In this document: piece by piece, positions 33,401-46,128 of the stretch
Layout of the letters: each line of letters starts with the position of its first letter
How positions within the stretch are numbered: the first letter of the stretch is position 1
Assembly: GCA_040954595.2 (NCBI GenBank)
Contig: CM082580.2
Coordinates: 12,476,909 to 12,540,908, forward strand
DNA: 64,000 bases
Origin: Balanoglossus misakiensis
Taxonomy: Eukaryota; Animalia; Hemichordata
Direction: 5' to 3'
Notes under the pieces: model-generated
Told to the model about the DNA's origin: nothing
Seen by the model: only the letters and a program-made list of their open reading frames with translations
The model's database searches: none
Position numbers and translations under genes: made by a program

Positions 33401-34161
33401 ACTAACTCCTGAGATTATCTGTCTCCCACTTCAGAAAAGTCCCCCATGGAAAAGATGTGCACAAGTGGACTACTCCGATATCTGACGATGAGTCCAAGTG
33501 TCAAGCAGGAGCTGAGCCGCATACTGCAAACGGACAAAGATAAACTTGAAGATATGCAGAAAGAACTGAAGTCCCAGTCAGAAGGTAAATCTAGAGATAC
33601 ACAGTGATGGTTTGCAACAGCTGGGCATTAACAAACGTTATAGCCATGTGCAAGTTCAGGCAGGCGTTTTGACCAGAGACTGGTTCTTAATGCTAATGTG
33701 CTGTGTATGAGAACTTATCACAGATCACATCTGTGTACCATTTCGTCTCTAACCATTTGCCATTGCCTCTTTCAGCACTTTCCAGCGAATTGCTAGATGT
33801 CAGATTGCAGAAACAGGCCGCTCAAACCAGAATAGTTGACCTTCTCAAAGAATTGGAGGTATGGTATCATTGTCACTCCCAGCTTACAAAATAAGTCATC
33901 AGACTTTCTTTCTCAGTGATTAACAACAATGTCTAATTGTACACAAAGTATCTAAGAAGACGTTGTACACACAAAGTTGTTTGACACACACGTTTTGTCT
34001 GATCCGGTTTGCAGAAGCTGCAGTCAGAGGCAGGTGATCTGGAAAAGAAGGAATTCAGCATGGAGAGTACACTGAAGAAACAGCAGAAACAGTCGACAGA
34101 AATCCAGGAAAAGTTGAAAGTTTTGAATGAAGGACTGAAAGAATGCCAGGAGTGGAAATAG
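30500..34161 (+). CDS. Ankyrin-repeat protein with acidic linker and C-terminal coiled coil, multi-exon; start codon uncertain
   Basis: Spliced reading PLLHWACALAKVSVVKYLI..DTPVHRAI..GQTPLL..LNTQNKHGNTALHL..NKSGLPALFLA; acidic exon near 33038-33231; heptad-rich exons ending ..LNEGLKECQEWK* at 34159-61. Confidence 0.8.
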
Positions 34162-34398
34162 TGGTATTCAAGACAGCAGTGCAGTGTTCAACAAAGTTCA
34201 TGCAAAGACTTTAGATTTCTTCCCTGTTCATATTACCATTCGCGAGAAGCTAATGTTCTTTGAAAAATGTTATGTACTGGGGTATCACAGCAAGCTCACA
34301 AAACTCCAAGTGGAGAGGTGCTCATTCTGGATGTTTGGGGAACTTACTTCAGAGCATTTACCACCGCCAGTGGGCAGTATTACAGGCCTCAACCAGCA

Positions 34399-34490
34399 TT
34401 AACCCTTTCACCGCAATAGTTTGGTCAAAATCCATTGTTTTTGTGGTATAGTTGGACCTGTATACAGGGTAATGGGGGTGATAGGTTTAT
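34399..34490. mobile_element. Short degenerate piggyBac-like MITE in a 3' UTR
   Basis: Starts TTAACCCTTTCACC and ends GGTGATAGGTTTAT, a degenerate match to GGTGAAAGGGTTAA. Confidence 0.4.
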
Positions 34491-35148
34491 AAAGAGCAGC
34501 TGTCCGTGGTGAAGTCATGGTTGCTGGGGTCCACAACACACCTGCCATCATAATATACACAGTTTGTCTCAGCAATGAATATTGCAGGTTCATGCAGGAG
34601 TAGAGTTGTCACAAATCAGCATGTTGCAATACAGCACGGAAGCTTAAACCGTCAGTGTTTTAACTGTGGTGTTGTGTTGTGTTGTGTTGTGAACAAAGGT
34701 TTACATATTTTATAGTTCATATTAGTTGTTTATATTAATGTTGTTAAGTAGTTTTATCAGTTTGTTCATTTTAACAGTTTGACTAACATAATCATGATAA
34801 AAAGTTTTACCACTTGCCCTGATGGAATTCAGAGGGAACTACACAAGAAAATAAACCAGCATTGTCTTTAAAATTCACAGTTGTCATGTTATTGTAGTGT
34901 AGAAAATTTTACTGAATTTATGAGTAAATAAATTTACCATTTTCAAATGCTCAAATGTCTGTACATTATTTTTATACAACATTTCTTATGGCACACCAAC
35001 CTCACACTGAAATTCAGACTCACAAATATGAAAACAGTTCAATTTGGCTGTTAAAATTCAGAGCAAAGTACATGAACATGTATACTGATTATGTACAATT
35101 AAACGTCCATTGGCAAACATTTCTGAAATCACTGCTCCTCTTGGCGTT

Positions 35149-36132
35149 TTACTGCTTTGTCAAAAGCCCTGTGTCTGGTGCCGACGTCCAAATGACTTTC
35201 TGAATTTCTCTGAAATCGGGATGTTTAGCGTCTCGCACAAGCTGTAGCAACATGGATTCACTGGTTGTGATAAAGGCACCACTCTGTCGCATTCTCTCAA
35301 GGGCATAAAGTCTGGAGAAACAGAAGGAGAAAAGAAACTTGAATTATAAGTCTGTAATAGTACAACTATGCAACTTCTGTAACTTGTCAGTAATCTTTAC
35401 TGAAGCACATGATTTGAATGCGACCAACAACTGTCATTACCTAATAAAGCATAATATGGTATGCTTTTGTACATGATAAAAATGTTAATTGATATGGCAG
35501 ATACACCTACCTGTCCACCATACTTCTGGAAGAACACGCATCCGCTATGACATGTACGTCAATGTCATTATCAATGAGATCAAGTGCTGTAGCTTGAATG
35601 CATGCCTGTGTTTCAATCCCACACAGGACCACTGATTTTACACCAAGTTTCTTCACATGCTCTTCAATTTCTGGCACCATCATGGTGAAACAAGTCTTTT
35701 CTACTTTCTTGGAACCCTCTACGATAAGCTCTGGCACAGTTGGGCCCAAACCTGAAATAGACAACACATGTCATGATACTCAATAAATTTCCTGTTCAAG
35801 GAATTGTTCATTAATCATTTAATGCTAGATGGCATCTTTTCCTTTCCTTGGTCTTTGAGGTAGACCAGGACCTAGCTGTGGTAACGCAGCTGTATGATTG
35901 CATAATGATAATAGATTACTCGTTTATGTAAAAAACTTAGTCTACATTTACCTTTCGGGTATTGCTCTGTTGTAATGATCGGCATTTTCAGAATTTTAGC
36001 TGCTGCAAGCATGCGTCCAGCGACTTCAATTATTTGAGGAAAGTATTTTATCGTAGGGCGGAATTTCTCCTGCAGGTCGCAGAGAAATAATGCCGACGAG
36101 TTGACAGCAATCTTTCCTACTCGGGAAGCCAT
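35149..36132 (-). CDS. ISOC2: Isochorismatase domain-containing protein, 3 coding exons
   Basis: [90 protein letters not shown]. The short N-terminus favours ISOC2 over ISOC1. Confidence 0.88.
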
Positions 36133-36760
36133 GTTGAACTGGGGTGTGACCTTTGACCCCAGTCAGGTGGTTGCTGTCACATGTGTCAGCTACACAGCTG
36201 TATTGTCGATCGTATACATGATATATCTAGTATGTTAACTTAATATTAAAGCGGTTAAACTATCAGATAGGGTACTGAATGTCCTAATCTATCGCCTGAT
36301 CTGTAAATACAATGACCACCGCTGGATAAGCAGGTGTGTAACTTGCTTCAGTGACATTCTTGCATGAGTATTACGTCTCAGATCCCATGTCAATTATCAT
36401 GATATTGTATTTCATGTGTTTGCTAGCACTGTGTAGCAGTGTGGTTGATTTGGATTAAAGAGACTATGACTCTGATCTATCAGTGACGAATTTGTAGCTA
36501 GACAAAATCACGCCATGATGACCTTAGACTGATGTCGATTATTATTCGAACATGCGCCACGTGGCAAAACTTGACTAGTACAAATGTTGAACAGATAGTT
36601 ACTTCTTTCATAATAAAACTAAACAAGATAGTGTTTAATACTGTTTTCATTGAAATAAAGTTTTGAAAATTATAAATTCATTTTCATTTCAGGTTTAATC
36701 AACTTCAACAAGACAACAGAAATAAGTAAACGTCATTTGTATTCTCTTCTGCGTCTTATA

Positions 36761-39700
36761 ATGGTATCCATGGCAATGAAGAGGGGGTTGATCTTGCCAT
36801 TTGTGGCTCTAAGCTTGATTTGCATACAAAATGTGGAGGGAGTCAAGCACAGTAATGTTGTGCTGATTGGTGCAACAGGAGATTTGGCCAAGAAGTATCT
36901 CTGGCAGGGATTCTTCAATTTATTCATAGGTTAGTTGATACATATTGCATATCTTAGTAGTTGGGGATAAGAAATTGATGTTGTCTCCCCCCTATTTAAA
37001 TGGACAATTATCCACTGCATTGTTTATAACAACCATGTCATATTTAACGTCATGTAATTATAACTATTTGATTAATTTGTTTCTCAGCAAAATCGGACGA
37101 CAATAACATCTTCCATTTTTACGGTGGTGCAAGGGCGGAGAAAGAGAAGGGAGAACTTCTGTTGCAGAAAGTCCTGGAAGAAACAGTGACATGTCGCGGC
37201 ATCGAAAGAAGCGACTGTGAGGAAATGAGGTCAAAGTTCATACAGGCAACGGAGTATCACCAATTGAAGCATTCCCAGCACTATGCAGATCTAGCTATGG
37301 CTATGGAAAAGGCGATGATGGCTGACAAGGATGCAGTGGAGCTCGGAACATTGTTTTATCTCTCTGTTCCACCGTTCACGTATGCAGATATAGTCACTGC
37401 CATAAACACAGGTAAAAACTATCAATATCTTCACTTGGTTTGACCCTGTGGCTGTCAGTGAACTGATTGCATCTTTGTACAGGGAGATGGATTAATATTT
37501 TTCATATGACATCATGAGATTGTAGACAAACTTTTGATGACTCTATCTCTTGTAGAATGCCGACCAGTTGGTGACAATGCCTGGCTGCGAGTGGTGTTGG
37601 AGAAACCCTTTGGGAAAGATACAACATCAGCTGAGAAACTTTCCAAAGACATCGAGGCCCATCTCAAAGAGGAAGAGGTTTACAGGATAGATCATTATCT
37701 GGGAAAGCTTGGTAAGAACATACAGTTTTTTGCATAATGATTTGTTGTAAATGACATTGTTGTATAGAGGAAGGTGTGTCTATGTGCAAACCTTCAGAGG
37801 ACTTCAATAAATATATCCATGTACTTGAGTCCCATCTTTTATTTTATTTATAGGTGTGAAACAGATTCTGCCATTCAGATTCCAAAACAGACTGATTTAC
37901 GACAAACTGTGGAACAAAGATCACATTGAAAGAATTGAGATCGTCATGAAAGAAGATATGGATGTCAAGGGTCAGTTGACAGCAATTATATTTTCAAAAA
38001 GAGTGGATAAGGAAATGTTACTTTATATCAAGATGCTTCTGTGGAATTCAAATCAGCCCAGCATCTGTCTCATGGTGCAGCATGTCATGATCAATAGAAG
38101 TCTAGAAATTATGTCGAAAATGCCAATGAACAATGACACATTTAATTGAATTTCTCCCTTTGACAGGTCGCATGGGATTTTATGATGAATATGGGGTCAT
38201 CAGAGATGTCTTGCAAAATCATCTGACTGAGATGCTTGCCCTGGTCACCATGGAGATCCCAGACAACATCAGCGATGTGGCAGAGCACCACAGACGTAAA
38301 CTTCACGTGATGAAACAGATACGGCCAGTGTCATCAGAGAATTGTGTCGTTGGCCAGTACAGAGACTACAATGATCAGATTCGAGCGGAACTCAAAAAAG
38401 CACATGACTTTGAAAGCCTCACTCCAACGTACGCGACAGTTGCCATGGAAATAAACAATCCCCGCTGGAAAGGAGTTCCGCTTGTTCTTATGGCCGGCAA
38501 GATGTTGGACGAGAAGACAAGCTACGTGAGAATTAAATTCAAACAAAATATCCTTCGTGTCACTATGAGTGAAAACAGTTCAAACTTCTGCCAACCCAGA
38601 CAAATTTTGTTTGATGCCAGTGCATCTGATTCCAAAACACCTGTCCTGTTAGTCTCTAAGACATTACCACAGCCGGAGGTTTCCAGCAACTTGAAGTTGG
38701 CTGAGACTGATTCTGCAAAGGAAGTGTTCGGTTCGCCAGCTTCTGACTACTACATGTATACTGCAGATGGTAATCCCAGTGCATACAGTAATTTAATACA
38801 AGCCGTTTATGAAGGGCAAAAGGACATGTTTGTAGGAACAGAAGATTTGCTAGTATCTTGGAAGATATGGACACCCCTACTTGAAAGCATTGAGACCAGG
38901 AAACCCAGAGCATACCCAGGTGGTACGGCCAATGCCAATTGGTTGGATGTTGTAACCCTTGGCAGCAAGGTCAAATATGTTACTGACATTTCACTGGTCG
39001 GAATAGATGCACCCAGCCAATCACAAGACATCAAAAGTGTTCCAGCAAGTTTCCGGAATCAACCACTTGTCTCGGGGAGGACAGAGGTCATTCTGAGGCA
39101 GTTAAGCCACGATCTGGAAGCACTAGCCAGAGAGTACGTTGCAGTGGATGGTTCGTTCCACATGGCATTGTCAGGGGGCACCACCCCTAACTTGCTGTTT
39201 CAACACCTGGTTCTGAACGCAGTGGAGTTCCCGTGGGATAGAACGCACATTTGGCAGGTTGACGAAAGATGCGTGGATTCCAAGAGTCACTTGCTGAATT
39301 TCAACAGTCTGCTGGAAAATTTATTGCAGTATGTGCCTGTTCCTCAGAGTAATATCCATTCCATGCCAGTGGAGCTGACAAAGAGTGAATACGAAGAGGG
39401 AAAAGATTTAGGAAGTGCCATGTACGAAGCTGAAATCAAAAATCTCATTCCCCACCAGTCTCTCGATTTCATTTTACTGGGCGTCGGTGGAGATGGACAC
39501 ACTGCATCTCTGTTTCCAGGGCAACCAGAAGAAGACGACAATGAAGAATTGGTGGCATTAGTGGACAACGGGCCAAAAGATCAATCACCGGAAAGACTGA
39601 CAATGACCCTGAACTTCATCAACAGGGCCAAGAACGCTGCAGTCCTAATTTGTGGCCAGAGCAAGAAAGGCATTGTGTCTTTGTTGCAAGACGTAGGCAG

Positions 39701-39785
39701 AGATGCAAAGAAATGGCCAATCACAGGTGTCGATTTGATTGATGGTGATATGGCCTGGTACGTTGATTACGACGCTTTGCTGTGA
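36761..39785 (+). CDS. H6PD: GDH/6PGL endoplasmic bifunctional protein (hexose-6-phosphate dehydrogenase), 5 coding exons
   Basis: Signal peptide, [42 protein letters not shown], then a 6PGL domain ([28 protein letters not shown]). Confidence 0.97.
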
Positions 39786-40257
39786 TGTCCACAGCATGTC
39801 ATATAATGCACCTGACCGTATGGGAATGGGCATAAAACATTCTATACCCACCAAAGTACATTTGTCACTAATTGTCATCTTTTGATGTAAATTTCCTATG
39901 TCTTTTTTTAGATAAAAAAGGTGATTAGACTGTATACCCTTTATGTTCTGTTTTGTAAGTTGTAGTGAGAGAGTGAGTTTTATGTTTTTATTTGACACAT
40001 TATGTAAGTGGATGCAGTTGCCAAAATAAACGATTAAAGACATCGATCACACATACTGACATAGATATTAAAGTACATATAGTAACACAGACATTATATT
40101 GACACGGGGATTCAGTTTTTTCATTTCTGCAAGCTGAAATGCCATACGATCTTGTTGGGGGTGATGATTACATCTCTGCATGTGAAGTCTGTCTTGTATT
40201 GTCTGGTATTGTCTCCCTCTGTATTCTGTTGTATCTTCTGTACTGTAGCATACTACT

Positions 40258-43200
40258 CTATCTCTTCCTTCCACCTCTTTCTTTCAATTGTAGTTGGACC
40301 ACACTGCTCGCAGACACATTGTAGAACGCGAGGCTGTTGGAGTCTTTGATGAACATGCCCTGTGAAGCAGGAAACACAAAAAATAAATTGCTATTTCGAT
40401 CCAACGTGCCAAAAAAATAGGATGCAACTACGCTCATAAGAAAAATACAAATGATGTCATATGCCATGAGTTTTGACAATAGCAGACTCCTGATCACAAC
40501 GTATCTGTCTTACCTCCATCTGCAATTTCTGTTTACCAGTCGGCATAGAAAGTTCTTCCATCAACTTGGACTTGATCACAGACACCTGAAAGAATCAAAC
40601 AATGGCACACAATGCATCAGCTGTTGGAATACTTAAGATGACGAACTGAAAAGGTCGATGCAATGAACAGAACGTGGTATCACACACACACACAGAGACA
40701 CTAACCTGATCTGTTATTGGCAACGTTATGCTGAGCGTCTGTCCGTTGAGTTTCCATTCAGCCTTGTCTGGTAGTTTGGGAACTTGTACTTTGAAAGTGA
40801 CAGGTCCCTGCGCAGAGAAGAAGGGGAGAAGAGAGCTGATCAACACATAGAAAGCCATTCTGCGTAAATACAGTTATGATCTCGGTTCAAATATTCACAC
40901 ATCATACATCACTGGGAAATTTTTAGCATGCTTACCGGATTCTTTGCCAAGAATTGTGGTTCTGGCATGAGGGAGTCCTCTGTCTTCTGTTTCTTTGTCG
41001 GGGGTTCGTCCGCTTGCTGGGGAGGTGGCTGTCTGCTTTGTTCTTGTGGTGGGGGCTGTGGTGGAGGGGCAGTCGGTGGATTGGGGTTGACTCTACCCAT
41101 GAACTGCATCATTTGTGGTGGTCCTGGTGGACGAACATCTTGGGGGGGGGGAGAGAAAAAAAGACAATACATCAATGATGGACAGAAAGCAACTACACAG
41201 TAACACACGTCATGACCCATTCCCTTCCTGCATCGCATCTGAACTTACTTGGTGCAAAGAAAGGCGGGTTTGCCGGCGGAGGCGGTCTCATGGGCATCCC
41301 TGGTATGGGAGGCATTCCAGGTCTCATTGATGGCAGACCAGGTGCTCCGATCAGCGACGGCAATCTGTGTGGCATCTGGGACCTCTGATCCATCTGGGAC
41401 ATGGAACCTGGCAGCTTGGACATCTGCTGGGGTGGTGGAGGGGGTTTGGGTGCTTGCTTTGGAGGCAGCAGCGGTATTCGCAGAGCGTCAAACATCGAAC
41501 CTGGCATTGGTTTTGCCGGTCCAATCTTCTCTTTTTCTTCATCAGGACTGAAAAATGAAGAAATTTTTGTAAGAGTTTGTTTCGGTCCATGTCCTGTCAT
41601 TAATATCGTAAGAACGGATTGACAGCTTGAGCATCACCTGTGTGATGGTTAAATGCCTGGGGGTGGGGGGTTGGAACTGTCCTAAACTTGACTTACGTGA
41701 GGCCTCTTGCTTTGTGGATAGCCTCAATCTGTTCTTTCAGTGAAATGTTGGCCTTGGCTTTGTTGATGGTAGCTTCCATACTGAAATGAAAATATGAAAT
41801 GTTTCAACAAGGCACACACAATACAGCTACAATAAACTGGAAAGAAGTCTTCAATATTTTAATTATGAGAAAATGACAAAACATCTACCAATTAAATGAA
41901 TACAGTATTTTACTCACCTAGCAGTGTGACCATCCCACGCCACCTTCTCTTTGGGTTTGATGTCTTCTTCACCAATCTGTAAATAAAACAGACACTCGCA
42001 TAAATCTCTGTCTCAAAATCAACACACTAGCAATGACACTATTTTTCTCTTTCACTCCATGAATTTCTGATGCAGAACAAATGTCAACCCTCACCTTTTT
42101 ACCGATGGCAGTTTCCACGTCTCCTTCACCGAAGATATCCGTACGTCTCTCAGCCAGCTGTTTCAGACTGCTCTCAATGGCCGAGCCAGGCGCATACACT
42201 TCTTCCTGGGCCTTCTCATGCAGGCTTCTGTCTCGCTGTTCCTTCCAGCGCGGATCCAATAAACCTGTTGATTTGGACATGCATGATCAGTGGGCCTGTT
42301 GACCACAGGAAATCTTACAGGGACTTTTGAGGTTTTTTAACTACCTTTGTTTCTCATTCTATCCTATGATAAAATCTCCAGTATTCCAGCTGTTGGCCTC
42401 CACCACCATGTCAATAATCTACAAATACAACATAAAATCCATCTTACCAATTCTCATGTGTTCTTGCATCTTGTCTGCAGGTATCTTCTCACCAGTGATG
42501 GGCGATATCAAGTACTTATCTGTCAAATCATGTTGTAGCTTAGGCGCTAGGGAGGAGACAGGAGAGGACAAAGTGTTGTTTAAAATACAGACAATCGATC
42601 TCAAGGTAACATATTTGTCACCAGTTAGTCTCATCAACTGTTGATCACACAACGTTACAATCATATCACTGCAAGAAAAGAAACAACCAGGCCATTTTAT
42701 CTACTAGTGACCCTTTTTTACTCTCTCTCTCTCTCTCTCTCTTACCCTTTGGATCGTAGTCTTTTCTGATTTCCACCTCTCTTGGCATAGGTGGCAGTGG
42801 AGGTAGTCTGTCTGATGGTGGTGGCATTGGTGGTGCTGCTCTGTGATCTTCCTCGTCAGACGAACCCTGAATTCAATAGAACAAATTACAGTTTCAGTAT
42901 ACACATACTGACTGGCCATGAGGGAAAATACACATACTGACAGGCCATGAGGGAAACAGTATACGTTTATTGCCCCTAAGGACCGCAGGGAAACAGACAG
43001 TTTTGGGGGATTATACAAGCATATTTCACCGACAAGGACAACACAAGCGAGAAATAATTTAACAATCATTACCTCATCCATATCTTGTAATTCAGTATTT
43101 TCATCAGCTGGCAGGGGAGGTCCCATACCAGGTACTGTTGGCTGTCGATCATCTTCCCCTTCATCTTCGTCATCCGATTCAACTTCCATCTCAACCTCCG

Positions 43201-45402
43201 CCCCTTCTCCCTCCTAGAAATCACAAATGCAGGGAACATAAGTGCCAATCACAATACACTACATGTACTGAAGACAGAATATTACCCTTGAAAGTTTCCC
43301 ATATGCAGATGAAATTTTTCATGTAACATGCAGGTCAAATCTTTTTTACAAGGCAGTAAGGAAGGCATATCAGGAAAACATGTACTTCAAAGGCACCAGA
43401 TGTCAGAGCGAGCACTGATGTCTTGGAAAACAGAAGCTTTGTAATATAAGTTGAGCTATCAATGGATAGTATACTTACTCCATACATTTCGTAACGTTCT
43501 TCAGCCAGTATTCGAGCACCGACACGTTCTGGCGTCGTGGGTGGAGGAAAGTTGCCTGGTTCGTTGGGCGGTACATCCACTGTCTCCACGACAACAAAGT
43601 CGTGCCATTCAATCTGTGAATAGGCAACTGTGGGAAGAACAGTACATGTATTAAATTGGATGTGGAAAAACGCAGCAGTTACACTTCTGATTTATTCAGT
43701 ATTTTCACTAACTTTGGTAGAAATTCACACATTCTTTAAGAATGTTTATAATTCAAAACTCTCACCTCTTTCCCGTTCCCTTTCTTCCTCTTCCTTTTTT
43801 CTCAACCTTTCCTCATGTTTTGCCCACTCCACACGGTGTTTGACTTGGTCTAGGATATGTTTGGGATTCTCAGAGTCATCCTGCAGTTTGTTCATCAAGT
43901 CTTTGGGGGGTATCAACACCTTGCATTTGTAAAAAAAAAAAACAATCATTTAATTAAATCAATCGGTGTTGTAATTAACACTTGTAATTTATATAATATA
44001 GTCAATGATCCCTTACCTTAGTGTACTGTTCCACCAGTTTAGTGAAGTAGTGGAACAGACTGTGCTGCGGCCGCAAGAAATCAAACTGGTAGTTGCGCTG
44101 TTCTCGGTTCATCAGATTGGTCAGGAACTGTCGGCCGTTCCTGGCCACAAACTGAGCGGTCAGCTTGACCACATCCAAATCGTAGGCGGCGATCGACGGT
44201 GGATCAGCAATGAACTCATACTCTGGTGGAGGCTCTTTCGGTACGACTGGTTCCACTTGGACTTGAGAAGCCGGTTTGGTTAACTGCATGAGCTGCAGCG
44301 AGCAAACAAAAAAGGTAAGTAATTGTGAAATACAGAAAGCATGGCTAATAGGGTTTTACATGTACACTGACTGTAAAATGAATACAACCATAAAGCACAG
44401 TTCCACTATACGTCACCACTTTGCATAGACACACAAACCTGGGAGAAACACAAGAACTGACATAACAAAGATACACATCAATGAATGATCATGTAGACAT
44501 GGCATTACCTTAGGTAGCATGGCAGAAGAACCCAGCGGCTCGCTGGCTTTTCCCTCCTGGAAATCCTTGACTTTGTGACGATAGTATGCATGGTATGGAT
44601 CATTGGGGTTCAAGAAATTAAACTTGGGGTTGTTGATTTCGTTCTGACGAATCCTGGTTTCGAATTCAGGTCCTGAAATGAACACAGATGATATTGTTGA
44701 AAAGTGTCATTATCAAATTAGAGGACCAACTCCATGTAATGATACCATTGCAACAATACTAACAGTAACAGTATCATACCCATGCAGATTTTGTTTTTAC
44801 AAATCATACCTTAAAGTGTGGCCTATATATGTATATTCCTTTTGGACAGTTTTAATTAAGTGACTTACCATTCCTTGCTACAAAACTGGCAGTCTTGTCA
44901 ACAATATCTGTTCAACTGGTCAGGAAAAATAGCTGTAACAGCCCAAATTAAATATTATTAATTTGATTATCCTTCCTGGTTGGAAGGGTTACAAATCTCA
45001 TTGGAATTTGGAGGCCTCATTGGACACACATCCTACAACCATGGAGGTACTAGAGTACCTCTAGTACCTCCATGCTACAACTTACAAGCTACATACGTCA
45101 AAATGCAAGTACTCCTTGTTCTTGCCAACTTGGCATACAAACAGTGAAATACAAACTTCCAACTGATACCTCGGGTTTGTCGGCATACAGTGGAAGTGAG
45201 ATAAGGACAAACACCAGAACTGAAAACAGTTCCCTTGTGGTCATCTTAACACAACGTCATGAAAACGAAACATGGTAAGGATACTTCGCACTTCAGGCGG
45301 AGGGTAAATGATGCCGACGATTGGCTTCCCGGATTGGCTTTCTTCTTTCTTTTCCGGCAACTCTTCCTTCTCGTTGACCGCATCTGCCACTGCAGCCGGC
45401 AT
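40258..45402 (-). CDS. SF3A1: Splicing factor 3A subunit 1, multi-exon
   Basis: GIIYPPPEVRNIVDKTASFVARNGPEFE, second SURP VVKLTAQFVARNGRQFL, YLISPITGEKIPADKMQEHMRI, Pro-rich region, ubiquitin-like C-terminus ..LQLKERGGRKR*. Confidence 0.98.
44908..45284 (-). other. U12-type GT-AG intron in SF3A1 (first coding intron)
   Basis: 5' site GTATCCTTA, branch-like TTTTCCTGAC ~11 nt before the AG; splicing restores PEVRN|IVDKTAS. Confidence 0.88.
45040..45074. mobile_element. 35-bp palindromic micro-element with 7-bp TSD (P-element-like termini)
   Basis: CATGGAGGTACTAGAG-TAC-CTCTAGTACCTCCATG flanked by CTACAAC at 45033-39 and 45075-81. Confidence 0.75.
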
Positions 45403-46128
45403 CTTGGTGTTTCTATGGATACTCCTAGATTACGAAAATGGCGTCTCTAGGACGTAAAAATAATCAGAATCGAGTACGCGTGTGAAGCCTCGTCCACATG
45501 GATTGTACACAAAACATCCAATATGGCCGCCGTCAAAATTGCTGCGCTTGCCGGACGATGGTGGCGCTCTTGCAGCGTCCCTGCGCGCGCGACACCCGCG
45601 CTACACCGACAGGGGCGACAAACGTTCTGCGCATGTGCCACAGGAAGTAAACAGTTACATAGACTTATGCTGGAGACGTAACTTTTTTTCAAAAGGGATG
45701 AAAAATACCCAAAAGGGATGGACAAAATGACACATAAAGCTCGTGTGAACCATGATCTAAAACATACCTCATGTCCACATCAATCTAACCCTGGCCTAAT
45801 AAGATATCGCGACTTGAATTTGGTGGCGCGTAATTTGAGCATGCACAACGTCATGTCAGTGTTGTGTCAGTTTGAAATAAACATTTCAAAGTTATGCAGA
45901 TACTGTGGTTTCGACTTAGGCTAATAAAACTTCACCTACGTCATGTTGATAGCTGTTTAACAATCGTGTGATTTTCACGAAAAGTATGATGTGTACTACC
46001 GCCTTAGTTGAGAAATAAACAATAATCCGTTCTCATGAGCAACAGCAGACGATGTAAACATTTGGCGCGAACGTTTCCAAAAGTGGACCAGTCGTTACCA
46101 TGGTAGTCTAGTTGTAAACACTGCCAAG

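Noticed and set aside
36147-36159. DR1 nuclear-receptor motif TGACCTTTGACCC near ISOC2, with a similar one near 29866
   Set aside because: Short motif that is common in such genomes; no independent support for function.
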